A DNA stretch of 64,000 bases, taken from contig DAOUHX010000424.1 of NCBI GenBank assembly GCA_034428395.1, positions 62,679-126,678 of the forward strand, read 5' to 3'. Position numbers and translations under genes: made by a program. The DNA comes from Caldilineaceae bacterium (lineage in GTDB: Bacteria; Chloroflexota; Anaerolineae; Caldilineales; Caldilineaceae). Under the pieces are notes generated by a model. The model did no database searches and was not told where the DNA came from. It saw only the letters and a list, made by a program, of their open reading frames with translations. Below are positions 35,961-44,932 of the stretch, piece after piece (position 1 is the first letter of the stretch; each line of letters opens with the position of its first letter).

Positions 35961-36797
35961 TCAATATCTGTCTTCGCTCGCACCCAGTGCTTCGAAGTGC
36001 TCCCGTTCCGCCTCTGTGCGCGCAGCCAGCTCGAGCAAGGGATCCACCATGGCGCGGATGCGCGGGTGGTCGCTCTTGAGGAACGCCTCGTCCGGCTGAA
36101 ACATGCTGCCGCGCCTGTTGTAGCGCATAAAGGAGGCGATCTGCTCGTCGGTCTCCAGCTTGCCGGCAAACCGCAGCTTCAGAAAGCGCCGGCCAGGCTG
36201 CATTCCATATACGCCGTGGTAGATCTTCTGACTGAAGAAAACAATGTCGCCGGGATCGGACTCGATGACGACGCCGGGCATTTCGGTCGGGCTTAGCCCA
36301 AGGAACTTCCTGGCTGTCTCCCCGGTCTGCTCGTTGAGCGGGAGCAGCTCGTCGTAGAGAGGCGGCTTGTGCGATCCGGGTATCAGGCGAAGCGCGCCGG
36401 TGTCAGCCCGGAGCCTTTCCAGGTAGAGGTGGAAGCTGTACGTGTTGGCATGGGGCTCGCTGGGTCTGTCGGTGTGCCAGTGGTGTATTCCCTTGTCGTT
36501 CACGCCCTCGTTGTTCAGGCTGCCTCCCGATCCGTTCCAGATGAATCCCGGCCCCAGCAGGGCCTCAACCGTCGCCCAGATTCGGTCGTCCACCAGCATG
36601 TTCGTAAACACTTCGCTCTTCTCTACGATGTCGAAAATGCCCTCATTCTTGCCTGTCGGAGGGCCTCCTCCTCGTTGCTCCCAGAAGAGCCTGTCCGCTT
36701 CCACGGAGGCAGCCGCCATCTCTTCGGCCGAGAACTGCTGCCGGAGGTGAATGAAGCCAAATACATCGAAGCGGGCCTTCTGCTGTGGTGAAATCAT
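35961..36797 (-). CDS. PhyH-family Fe(II)/2-oxoglutarate oxygenase
   Basis: 278 aa. FDVFGFIHLRQQFSAEEM, HWHTD (HxD), LRLIPGSHKPP, and IVFFSQKIYHGVY. Confidence 0.8.
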   Translation of the reverse strand: MISPQQKARFDVFGFIHLRQQFSAEEMAAASVEADRLFWEQRGGGPPTGKNEGIFDIVEKSEVFTNMLVDDRIWATVEALLGPGFIWNGSGGSLNNEGVNDKGIHHWHTDRPSEPHANTYSFHLYLERLRADTGALRLIPGSHKPPLYDELLPLNEQTGETARKFLGLSPTEMPGVVIESDPGDIVFFSQKIYHGVYGMQPGRRFLKLRFAGKLETDEQIASFMRYNRRGSMFQPDEAFLKSDHPRIRAMVDPLLELAARTEAEREHFEALGASEDRY

Positions 36798-36857
36798 GAT
36801 CTTTCCGCCCTTGTTTTCTCAGGGTTGCAGCCATGGCGCACCGGGCCTCTCATCCCG

Positions 36858-37775
36858 TCAGCGCACCAGCATTCGCGGGTCGAGTGCGTCGCGTAGTCCG
36901 TCGCCTATAAAGTTGATCGAAAGCACGCAGGTCGTAATCATCATGCCTGGCGGTATCCAGAGCCAGACCATGTGCTGAATGATGTGGATCGATCTTGCTT
37001 CGTTGATCATCGTGCCCCAGCTCGGCGTTGGCGCCTGAACGCCCAGGCCCAAAAAGCTCAGGCCGGCCTCGGTGAGAATGGCCCCGGCCACGCCAAAGCT
37101 GGCCGCGACCACAAGCGGCGCCACAATATTGGGCCCAACATGCTTGACTATAATGCGGCTCTTTGCCACGCCAATCGACTCTGCCGCCGTAATGAAGTCC
37201 ATCTCGCGAATGGCCAGAATCTGCCCGCGCACCAACCGCGCAATGCTTGTCCAGTTGATCAGCCCAATCGCCAGCATAGTGTTTTGCAGACCGGGGCCGA
37301 CGATCGCAACCACGCTGATGAGAATGATCAACGTGGGAAACGACATCACGACGTCGGTAAGACGCATGATGATCATGTCGACCTTGCCGCCGTAATAGCC
37401 GGCCAGACAGCCCAGCACAGTACCGATGCTCAGATAGATCGCCACCGCCACGAGACCCACCGACATCGATATGCGTCCGCCATACACGATGCGGCTCCAG
37501 CGGTCCCTCCCGTTCAGATCCGTACCCAGAAGGTGGTCCCGGCTCGGCGGCACGCCCACCTCTCTCAGATTCCCGCGAATCGGGGACAAGGGGGCCACAA
37601 CGGATGCAAGCGGAAAGGACATGAGTACTACAATCACGATGTATATTGCCCCCGCCAATGCCAACCTGTGCCTGACAAAACGGCGCAGTGTCTGGAAACG
37701 GCGCTCCGGAAGCGCCGCGGCCACCGCATTGTGAACTTGCTCGGAGCCGGGACTTTCAATGGACTCGACGGCCAT
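36858..37775 (-). CDS. ABC transporter permease (DppC/OppC-like)
   Basis: 305 aa. 6 TM. EAA-loop region AAESIGVAKSRIIVKHVGPN. Confidence 0.85.
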   Translation of the reverse strand: MAVESIESPGSEQVHNAVAAALPERRFQTLRRFVRHRLALAGAIYIVIVVLMSFPLASVVAPLSPIRGNLREVGVPPSRDHLLGTDLNGRDRWSRIVYGGRISMSVGLVAVAIYLSIGTVLGCLAGYYGGKVDMIIMRLTDVVMSFPTLIILISVVAIVGPGLQNTMLAIGLINWTSIARLVRGQILAIREMDFITAAESIGVAKSRIIVKHVGPNIVAPLVVAASFGVAGAILTEAGLSFLGLGVQAPTPSWGTMINEARSIHIIQHMVWLWIPPGMMITTCVLSINFIGDGLRDALDPRMLVR

Positions 37776-37828
37776 GACCTTTTTTTCGAGGCGATTGCCC
37801 TTTGTGCTCTTCCAAAAGTCTCTTTGTC

Positions 37829-38809
37829 CTACTCATAGCGGATGCGTGGGTCGGCCACCGCGTAAGCGAGGTCCGCCGCAAGATTGCTCAGGACAATGAG
37901 GACGGCTGACAACAGGACCATACTCATGATCAGGGGATAGTCGCGGGCTGAGACTCCGTCAAGGTACAATCTACCCAACCCGGGCCAATCGAAGATTGTC
38001 TCAATGATCAGTGCGCCGCCAAACAGCCCGGGAATCTGCAGGCCGGCGATCGTGATCACCGGGAGAATAGCGTTGCGAAAAGCGTGTTTGTAGATCACCA
38101 TCCGCTCCCGCAAACCTTTGCTGCGCGCCACGGTTACATAGTCGGTGCGTAATACCTCCAGCATGCTCGCACGCGTGTAGCGCATGTAGGTCGCCATGCC
38201 TTCGATCGCCAGCACACCTGCCGGCAGGACCATGTACTTGAGCCTGTCAAAAAAGGTGGTAAAAAAACCTGCGTCGGTCAAGGTGACAGTCGAGTAGCCG
38301 CTGGTCGGCAGCCACCTCATGTTCACGGCAAAGAGGTAAAGGACCACAATCGCGGCAAAGAAGTTGGGAATCGAAATTCCGGTGAACACGAACACGGTGA
38401 AGACATAGTCCGCCCAGGAGTACTGCCTGACTGCCGAAAAGATCCCTAAGGCAATTCCTCCGATCAGGGCTATCAGCCCTGAAGTCACCATCAGCTGAAG
38501 CGTGGCCGGCAGACGCCGTCCAATTGCGTTCGATACGTCCTCGCGCGTGATGATCCGCTTCCCCAGGTTGCCCGTCAGAATCGACTGCAGCCAGCTCACG
38601 TAGCGCACGGGCGCAGGCTTGTCCAGACCGTAACTGGCCCGCAAGGCCTCCATGTCCAGCTGCAATTCCTGGGTCTCGTCCAACCGCGAGAGGACCATGG
38701 AGGATACGGCGTCACCCGGAGCCAATTCCGTGAAGGCAAACGTTACGACTGTGATGCCCAGCAGCACAGGCAGGGCCAGTGCGATGCGCCGCAGCAGATA
38801 CGTTTGCAT
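37829..38809 (-). CDS. ABC transporter permease (DppB/OppB-like)
   Basis: 326 aa. MQTYLLRRIALALPVLLGIT start; VARSKGLRERMVIYKHAFRNAI EAA loop. Confidence 0.85.
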   Translation of the reverse strand: MQTYLLRRIALALPVLLGITVVTFAFTELAPGDAVSSMVLSRLDETQELQLDMEALRASYGLDKPAPVRYVSWLQSILTGNLGKRIITREDVSNAIGRRLPATLQLMVTSGLIALIGGIALGIFSAVRQYSWADYVFTVFVFTGISIPNFFAAIVVLYLFAVNMRWLPTSGYSTVTLTDAGFFTTFFDRLKYMVLPAGVLAIEGMATYMRYTRASMLEVLRTDYVTVARSKGLRERMVIYKHAFRNAILPVITIAGLQIPGLFGGALIIETIFDWPGLGRLYLDGVSARDYPLIMSMVLLSAVLIVLSNLAADLAYAVADPRIRYE

Positions 38810-38866
38810 TGCTTGCCTCGAAAAGCGTGTCGCCGGCTATAGTGGCGGATCGCTGCCCCGCCTGGT

Positions 38867-38916
38867 CTCCCCTCCCTCCCAACGCCGCTCAATTGCCAGG
38901 CCGGAAGGGAGGGGAG
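38867..38916 (-). other. Stem-loop (11-bp perfect stem) in the SBP-permease intercistronic gap
   Basis: CTCCCCTCCCT (38867-38877) pairs with AGGGAGGGGAG (38906-38916), with a 28-nt loop. It sits in the 172-nt gap after the SBP stop. Confidence 0.5.
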
Positions 38917-38981
38917 CCGCCTGCAGCGGCTTTCCCGCTCCGTCGGGTAGTCAAAGAGCGAAGCCTTGACGGGACCGACCG

Positions 38982-40697
38982 TTACTCTTTGAGGTACCAG
39001 GTGTACGGCAGCTGGTCGGCATAGGCCCCCAGTGACAGGAAGAAGCGGTAGTTGCACAGGTCAGACCGGACGGCGATGCGGCGGTCCTGCTGCCAGAACG
39101 GCATGTCGATCACCTCATCTGTCGCAATCTCGGTGATCTCGTTGAATAGCGCCGTTCGCCTCTCAGGATCGAACTCTGTCATCGTAGCGACCGCCAGTTC
39201 ATCATACGCCTCGTTGCAGTAACGCGGCGTATTCGAGCCGTGGGGAGGCACGACCTCACACCGGTATCGCGCCGCGTAGTCCTCCGGCACCATCGGAGCG
39301 CAGCAGCCGTACAGCAAGTCGAAGTCGTCGTCCGACACGACCCTCTCAATCAGCGTTGGGATTTCAACATACTGCGGGTTCACCTTCACGCCAACATCCG
39401 CCCAAAACTGTTGCATGGCCGCAGTGACGCGCTTGTGAATGTCGTCCCCATAGTAGAAGAGAAGGTCCAACTCCCTATCCGCATCCCACTCGGCCTCGGC
39501 CAGAAGCTCCTTGGCCTTCTCCGGGTCGTACGGATAGAGGGTGATGTCCGGGCTCATCCATTCACGATTCGGATCGAACATGAACCAATCGTAGACGATC
39601 GCTTCGCTCCCCCAGATGCCGTCCTGGATCGCCTCCAGGTCCAGCGCGTAGAGAAGGGCCTTTCGCACGCGAATGTCCGCCAGGTTCAGATGGTTGGGCC
39701 GTATGAAAATGGCCCCAAAGGGTGCCCCAACCAGCGCGATATCCGGGTTCTCATCCATGCGGATGCGCTCGGTCCCGCTGGCCTGGGCGCCAACGTGAAT
39801 TTCACCGGCCTCCAGGGCCGCCACCCAGGTCGCCATGCTGGCGCGCAGCCCGAAACGGAAGATGATCTGGTCCAGGTAGGGCCGGCCAGCCCAATAGTCC
39901 TCGTTGCGTTCGAGGACGTAGTACTGGTCCGGCACCAGTTCGGCCAGCTTGAACGGGCCCGTGCCGATCGCTTCCATTGTCGTCCCAACTTCGGAAAAGG
40001 GAATCCCCTCGATCGACGCCTTGCTGAAAATGTTGTCATTGGGAGGAATGCTGCGCAGGAAGTTGGGCTCCGGCGTGAGGAAATGGAACTCAATTGTGTG
40101 ATCGTCGATCACCTTCAACCCCGAGATCTCGTCGGCCTCGCCCTCTTGGAACGCCACCGCGCCTACAAGGTTCGCCAAACTGCCGCTTTGGCCGCTGGCG
40201 CTTTCGGGATGCGCGAACACCTCATAGGTGTACTTCACGTCCTCCGCCGTAAATGGGCTTCCGTCGTGAAACAGCACGCCCTGCCTCAGGTGGAACGTAT
40301 AGGTGTGCAGATCATCCGAAATGTCCCAGCTCTCTGCCAGTTCCGGAACGATCGCATAGGTGCCTGCCTGGGCCTCAACCAACTGGTTGAAAATATAGGA
40401 GTTGTTGGTATCCGAGAGCCAACCCGACCCCTCCAGACCGCGGGCCGCAGCGGTACTTACGATAGTGCCTCCATAGCGCGGCGGATCATCCGCGCATAGG
40501 TTAATCCAGGTAGCGCCAAGCGTCTCAGGATCGTACCAGTCTGTCGGCGCCAGGACTTCCGTTTCCGGCTGGTCCTTCGGCGCGGCGACAGGCTCCTCCG
40601 CCTCGGTGGCTTCGGTGGCGGGGGTCGGCGCAACGCAGCCGGCGAGCAGCACCGCCGCTGCAATTGCCAGATATGCTACCAGCATACGGGCTCGCAT
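38982..40697 (-). CDS. ABC transporter substrate-binding lipoprotein, family 5
   Basis: 571 aa from ATG 40697 (AAGGAGG upstream). Lipobox MRARMLVAYLAIAAAVLLAGC, followed by a family-5 SBP body. The track ORF is over-extended to 40913. Confidence 0.85.
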   Translation of the reverse strand: MRARMLVAYLAIAAAVLLAGCVAPTPATEATEAEEPVAAPKDQPETEVLAPTDWYDPETLGATWINLCADDPPRYGGTIVSTAAARGLEGSGWLSDTNNSYIFNQLVEAQAGTYAIVPELAESWDISDDLHTYTFHLRQGVLFHDGSPFTAEDVKYTYEVFAHPESASGQSGSLANLVGAVAFQEGEADEISGLKVIDDHTIEFHFLTPEPNFLRSIPPNDNIFSKASIEGIPFSEVGTTMEAIGTGPFKLAELVPDQYYVLERNEDYWAGRPYLDQIIFRFGLRASMATWVAALEAGEIHVGAQASGTERIRMDENPDIALVGAPFGAIFIRPNHLNLADIRVRKALLYALDLEAIQDGIWGSEAIVYDWFMFDPNREWMSPDITLYPYDPEKAKELLAEAEWDADRELDLLFYYGDDIHKRVTAAMQQFWADVGVKVNPQYVEIPTLIERVVSDDDFDLLYGCCAPMVPEDYAARYRCEVVPPHGSNTPRYCNEAYDELAVATMTEFDPERRTALFNEITEIATDEVIDMPFWQQDRRIAVRSDLCNYRFFLSLGAYADQLPYTWYLKE

Positions 40698-41231
40698 CGG
40701 GACTCCTCCTTGGGAATAGCTCAAGTTGTGCAAGATCGTGCAATCACGTTCGACTCGACAACCATCTGCAAGACATACACCCCGAGAGAAACCGAGAGGC
40801 AGGCTGGCCAGGCCTGTGAATGAAGCAGCGCACTTCATCTTGTGGGCAAATCCGCTCCTTTCGCTCGGAAACTGCAGCCGCACGCTGTCAAAAAAGATGC
40901 CGGCAACACCCATTCAGCAGGTGCGGTCAAAGGACTGCGGGAACCCGTCGCCGAAAACTGCGCCGCAATGCGGCGGCGGTTGACAACGGGCCCCGGCCGC
41001 CTTCGACCGCTGCCGTGCTTCAATCGGAAACGTCGCCGCGGCCAGCACGGGTTGGTCGATGGAGTTTCGATCCTTGACGCCTGTCTTGGCTTCTGCGGCA
41101 ACAGCGAAGTTTGCATGGATGTAGTAGTCTCCCGGTTACCCCGCAAAGGGCTGCCAAGGACAAGACTGAAATCCCGCTCTTTCCGGCGTCGGACCAGCAA
41201 GCCAGCAATCAAGACACCGGCATCACCTACC

Positions 41232-41259
41232 ATAATAATGAAATATAAGTGAAAGTCAA
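41232..41259 (-). promoter_or_regulatory. Candidate sigma70 promoter far upstream of the SBP gene
   Basis: On the minus strand: TTGACT (41259-41254), 16-nt spacer, TATTAT (41237-41232). If used, it gives a leader of about 525 nt. Confidence 0.3.
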
Positions 41260-41372
41260 GGGAGCAAAAAGAGGCCCGGGCCGCCTTCCATTGGGCGAAG
41301 CCTTGCAGCATAGGATATAATAACGAACCGAAATTCGGAGACGCCAGACCTACTTGTGAAGGACGATCCAGC

Positions 41373-41663
41373 ATGGCCCGTCGTAGCAGACGCCGCCGAT
41401 CAAGCCCCAGCAGAGCCAACCCGCGCAGTTACAGCGGCCTGCGGCCGAGAGTTGAATTGGAGCAAGGCCAGCCCGAGCCGCCCCGATCCGAGCCAAGACC
41501 GGCTGTAGAAGGGCCGCAGCAGCAGCCCGCCCCAGCCGGCACTAGCAAAGCCCAGGCCGACTGGAAAAACGAATACAGCCGTGTTTTCTCCGACCTGAAA
41601 CAGCTGCTCGTCGTTTCGGTCGCTCTGTTTGCCCTGATGCTGGTGGTGGGATTCTTCCTGTAG
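41373..41663 (+). CDS. Small tail-anchored protein (Arg-rich N-terminus, Pro/Gln-rich middle, C-terminal TM)
   Basis: 96 aa: MARRSRRRRSS...KQLLVVSVALFALMLVVGFFL*. No family recognised; coding status inferred only from the ORF and TM pattern. Confidence 0.4.
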   Translation: MARRSRRRRSSPSRANPRSYSGLRPRVELEQGQPEPPRSEPRPAVEGPQQQPAPAGTSKAQADWKNEYSRVFSDLKQLLVVSVALFALMLVVGFFL

Positions 41664-41681
41664 AGGCTGCTGCCCGATCCA

Positions 41682-42365
41682 TCAATTGGGCCGAGGTTGC
41701 CGCTGTGCCGGCGGTTGCCGCCACTGCAGAACCGCGCGAATGCCGGCATGAAGCAGCCACGACAACCAGAAGTTGCGCGTATACAGAAAAAGGCTGGTCG
41801 TCGACAACAGGATTGCCGCCGAAATCAGGCGATTTGAGTTGCCCCTCGAATGAAGGATGACGCCGGGCACGGCCAGCGCGGCCCCGAGCCATGTTGACCA
41901 GTACTGGACTACCTGGTCCGGCGCCGGAAAGGATATTAGCAGGTCCAGCGACGCGCCGCGCAGAAAGCACCAGTGGAACTCCTGAGCGCTGCTCTCTATC
42001 CACATCATGAGCGAAAACTGACCCGCACTTCGCTCGCCAGGAGGAAGGCCTCTCTCGCTATGGAGCCAGATGCGGACGATAACGAGCAGGGCCAGCATTC
42101 CCGCCAGCACGACTAGACCAACGCGTAAGCCCAGCGACCAGTCGAGGTAGGAAACGCCCATCGAGCGGGGGGACAAATCCCCCACAACCAGGCCCAAATA
42201 CGGCAGGGAGACCCACCGGACCACGCGCAGAGTTCGCTCCAGGCCCGGGGCGAATAGCCGTGCCAGACCGGAGGTAAATCCGGCCAGCAGAAAACTTGAG
42301 GCCAGCCATAGCCCCGCCCGCGTAGGGGCCGCACTCAGTTGCTCCAATATCCACGCGATGTCCAT
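41682..42365 (-). CDS. Polytopic membrane protein, possibly a degenerate CPBP (CAAX protease-like) family member
   Basis: 227 aa with about 6 TM. ESSAQEFHWCFLRG loosely resembles the EExxxR/FRG motif; the other CPBP motifs are not convincing. Confidence 0.4.
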   Translation of the reverse strand: MDIAWILEQLSAAPTRAGLWLASSFLLAGFTSGLARLFAPGLERTLRVVRWVSLPYLGLVVGDLSPRSMGVSYLDWSLGLRVGLVVLAGMLALLVIVRIWLHSERGLPPGERSAGQFSLMMWIESSAQEFHWCFLRGASLDLLISFPAPDQVVQYWSTWLGAALAVPGVILHSRGNSNRLISAAILLSTTSLFLYTRNFWLSWLLHAGIRAVLQWRQPPAQRQPRPN

Positions 42366-42393
42366 ACGGGGATCTTAGCGAAACGGTCCATCC

Positions 42394-42594
42394 GTGAAAA
42401 TCAGATACCTGCTGCTTGTCCTCGTTATGCTCGCCGTAATCTTCCTGCTCAAACCGAAGGCAGTCTGGGCGGAGTACAAGCGGATACGCAGCCAGTGGAA
42501 TACGATTCTCACTCTCCTCGTTGTCGTAGTCGGAGCCTACCTGCTGTTTGGCTTTTGGCGAGCATATGTCGGCACTGGCGGCATTCCGTGGTAG
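42394..42594 (+). CDS. Small two-TM hypothetical protein
   Basis: 66 aa, GTG start, two hydrophobic helices. Divergent from the membrane protein at 41682-42365 (28-nt gap). Confidence 0.3.
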   Translation: MKIRYLLLVLVMLAVIFLLKPKAVWAEYKRIRSQWNTILTLLVVVVGAYLLFGFWRAYVGTGGIPW

Positions 42595-42712
42595 CAGCCC
42601 CCGCAAGCAAGCCCACGACCCACTTGGGCTGGCGGCACGACTAAACGATCTGTCAGGCCGACTCTGTAAATGAACCGGTCTGTGAGGCGATCAGCGACAA
42701 GTGCTTCCCGCG

Positions 42713-43177
42713 TCAGGAGACCGCCGCCAGAGCCGCAGCGGGGCTGTCCGCCGGCGCAACATTGTAGCTCGTCTCCAGCAAGTCGCCGTTCTCGTCGATG
42801 ACAAAGTGGCTGCGGTGGATGCCCATGAATGTGCGCCCGTACATGGTCCGCTCGCCCCAGACGCCGTACGCTTCGGCGATCGAGTGATCTTCATCGACAA
42901 GCAAAGTGAACGGCAGGTCGAACTTGGCGCGGAAATTCTGATGGCTTTCCTCGCCGTCGGGGCTGATGCCGAAGACGACGGCATTCTTCTCAGTGATCTC
43001 GACGTGAACATCGCGAAATCCACAGGACTGCGTCGTGCAGCCGGGCGTGTCGTCCTTTGGATAAAAGTAGAGAATCACCTTTTGGCCGCGAAAGTCGGCC
43101 AGATTGACAGTTTCGCCGCCGTCAGTCCTGGCTTCGAAAGTGGGGGCTGGTGTCCCCGGGGCTAGTTCGCTTCTCAT
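42713..43177 (-). CDS. bcp: Thiol peroxidase / peroxiredoxin, Bcp type
   Basis: GTPAPTFEARTDGGETVNLADFRGQKVILYFYPKDDTPGCTTQSC is the classic Bcp active-site context. ATG 43177 is preceded by GGAGG. Confidence 0.85.
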   Translation of the reverse strand: MRSELAPGTPAPTFEARTDGGETVNLADFRGQKVILYFYPKDDTPGCTTQSCGFRDVHVEITEKNAVVFGISPDGEESHQNFRAKFDLPFTLLVDEDHSIAEAYGVWGERTMYGRTFMGIHRSHFVIDENGDLLETSYNVAPADSPAAALAAVS

Positions 43178-43376
43178 TTCAGACCTCCAGTCTGTCGATT
43201 GGTGCGGTTCCGACGGCGGGCCGGGCCGGCCGGGCCGCGGGGCACTGTTGGAGTACGATCCCATCCAGTCGGAGCAAGGTTATTCTACCCGATCGGTCCA
43301 CATTTCTGAAGCAAAGGCTGCCCCGGCAATGCGCTTGAGCGGACTTCCGAAAGTGTGATAGAGTAGCCCTAGTTAG

Positions 43377-44186
43377 ATGTCCGCCCAGGAGCCCGGGTTA
43401 GGGCCAGGGATCATGTCAGCCATCCGTAAACGCCTGCGACAACAGTACCGGCGGGCAAGACTATCGGTCAGAGAAGGCTCTGTTGTGCCTTCGGGCGCAG
43501 GAACCGGTCTAAGATTCCACGCCGCCGGCGACCCGCGTCGGGATGAACAGCCGCCCACCGTTTTGGTTCACGGTTACAAAGACGACGCGACCGTGTTCGC
43601 GCCGCTCGCCCGGCATCTGAGCGAGGTGGGCGTTCGCACATACGCTGTGACATTGGCGCCGAGCGATTGCAGCGTGCCCCTCGAGGTGCTGGCTCAACAG
43701 CTGAAGACCTACATCAGCAGCAACTTCGCATACAACCAGCAGTTGAATTTTGTCGGTTTCAGCCTGGGTGGAATCGTGGCGCGCTACTACTTGCAGCGCA
43801 TGGGGGGCCTGGAGCGGACCGGCCGCTTTCTTTCAGTAGCAACGCCCCATCGCGGCACGTGGGTCGCCTTCGCAAGCCGCCTGCCGGCCGCGCTGCAGTT
43901 GCGGCCCAACAGCGCCTTCCTGCGAGACCTAAACGCTGACGCCGAGCGTCTGGCGAGCATCAGTTTCTCTTCGATGTGGACACCGCTCGACCTGATGATT
44001 GTGCCGTCTTTCAACAGTCGATTTCACGTGGGCGCGAACATGGCAGTTTGGACGCTTCAGCACCAGGGGCTGATTACCGGCCGTCGCGGCATCGGCGCCA
44101 TCGCGAAAGTGTTGACCTCGAACGATAGAGAGAGTCCTGGACTTGGCAGGTCTCCGCTGGATAGTGGGCTCATGATGAGCCGCTGA
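43377..44186 (+). CDS. Alpha/beta hydrolase, lipase/esterase (EstA / PGAP1-like)
   Basis: VLVHGYKDD (oxyanion region) and NFVGFSLGGIVARYY (GxSxG nucleophile elbow). Confidence 0.7.
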   Translation: MSAQEPGLGPGIMSAIRKRLRQQYRRARLSVREGSVVPSGAGTGLRFHAAGDPRRDEQPPTVLVHGYKDDATVFAPLARHLSEVGVRTYAVTLAPSDCSVPLEVLAQQLKTYISSNFAYNQQLNFVGFSLGGIVARYYLQRMGGLERTGRFLSVATPHRGTWVAFASRLPAALQLRPNSAFLRDLNADAERLASISFSSMWTPLDLMIVPSFNSRFHVGANMAVWTLQHQGLITGRRGIGAIAKVLTSNDRESPGLGRSPLDSGLMMSR

Positions 44187-44253
44187 ACAGGCCGCATGCC
44201 TGTGGGCGGTTGATTCGCCGGTGTTCCCCGGTCTTCCCACCGAAGCACGCCAC

Positions 44254-44916
44254 TCAACCCTTGGCCCCGGCCGCCTTTCGAAACGTCTGCATCAGCCGCT
44301 CGACTTTCACCGGATCACGCCGCCCGCGGGCCGACTCGACGCCGCTGCAAAGGTCGATACCGTCGGGCTGCACCGTGCCTACGGCTGCCGCGATGTTGTC
44401 CGGGCCGATCCCGCCTGCCAGGAAAACGGGAATGCTAACCTCCTGCATCAGCGTAGCGACCGCCTCCCAGTCTCCGACTTTACCGGTGCCGCCAAGGCGA
44501 GCAAAGCCTTCACTGGTGTCGACCGTGTCCGCCAGGAGCGCGTCGGCGCCGGCGGCCTCGTACGCTTGCGGCGCGGCCTGGCCGGCCAAATTGGGCAGGT
44601 GGACCGTCTTCCAGATTGCGCAATTCAGCGTTTTCTTCAGGTCGGCCACCAGTGAGGGCGGTTCCTGGCAATGAAGCTGGAGGGCGTAGGGCCGAAGAGT
44701 CCCGGCTACGGCGCGGGCGAAAGCGGCCCTCGGATTGCACAATAGGATGACATTGCGCACACCAGACGCCTCGGCGACCTGACGGGCCTGCTCCAGGCTC
44801 AGGCTGCGCTCGGACCAGTCGACATCCACCAGGATGCCGCAGAAGTCGGCGCCGGCGCGTCCGGCGAGAAGCGCGTCTTCACGGTTCGTGGTCCCGCAGA
44901 GCTTGAGCAGTGTCAT
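44254..44916 (-). CDS. trpF: Phosphoribosylanthranilate isomerase
   Basis: MTLLKLCGTTNREDA..., LGGTGKVGDW, and FLAGGIGPDNIAAAV...GIDLCSGVE match TrpF signatures. Confidence 0.85.
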   Translation of the reverse strand: MTLLKLCGTTNREDALLAGRAGADFCGILVDVDWSERSLSLEQARQVAEASGVRNVILLCNPRAAFARAVAGTLRPYALQLHCQEPPSLVADLKKTLNCAIWKTVHLPNLAGQAAPQAYEAAGADALLADTVDTSEGFARLGGTGKVGDWEAVATLMQEVSIPVFLAGGIGPDNIAAAVGTVQPDGIDLCSGVESARGRRDPVKVERLMQTFRKAAGAKG

Positions 44917-44932
44917 CAGGTCAATTTCGCCG

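Noticed and set aside
40698-41225. Known riboswitch, SRP RNA or RNase P RNA in the long leader region.
   Set aside because: A GCTGCCAAGG string superficially resembles part of SRP RNA, but the conserved GGAA/AGCA symmetric-loop context is absent. No B12 box, TPP, SAM, glycine or T-box hallmarks were seen. A covariance-model scan would be needed to be sure.
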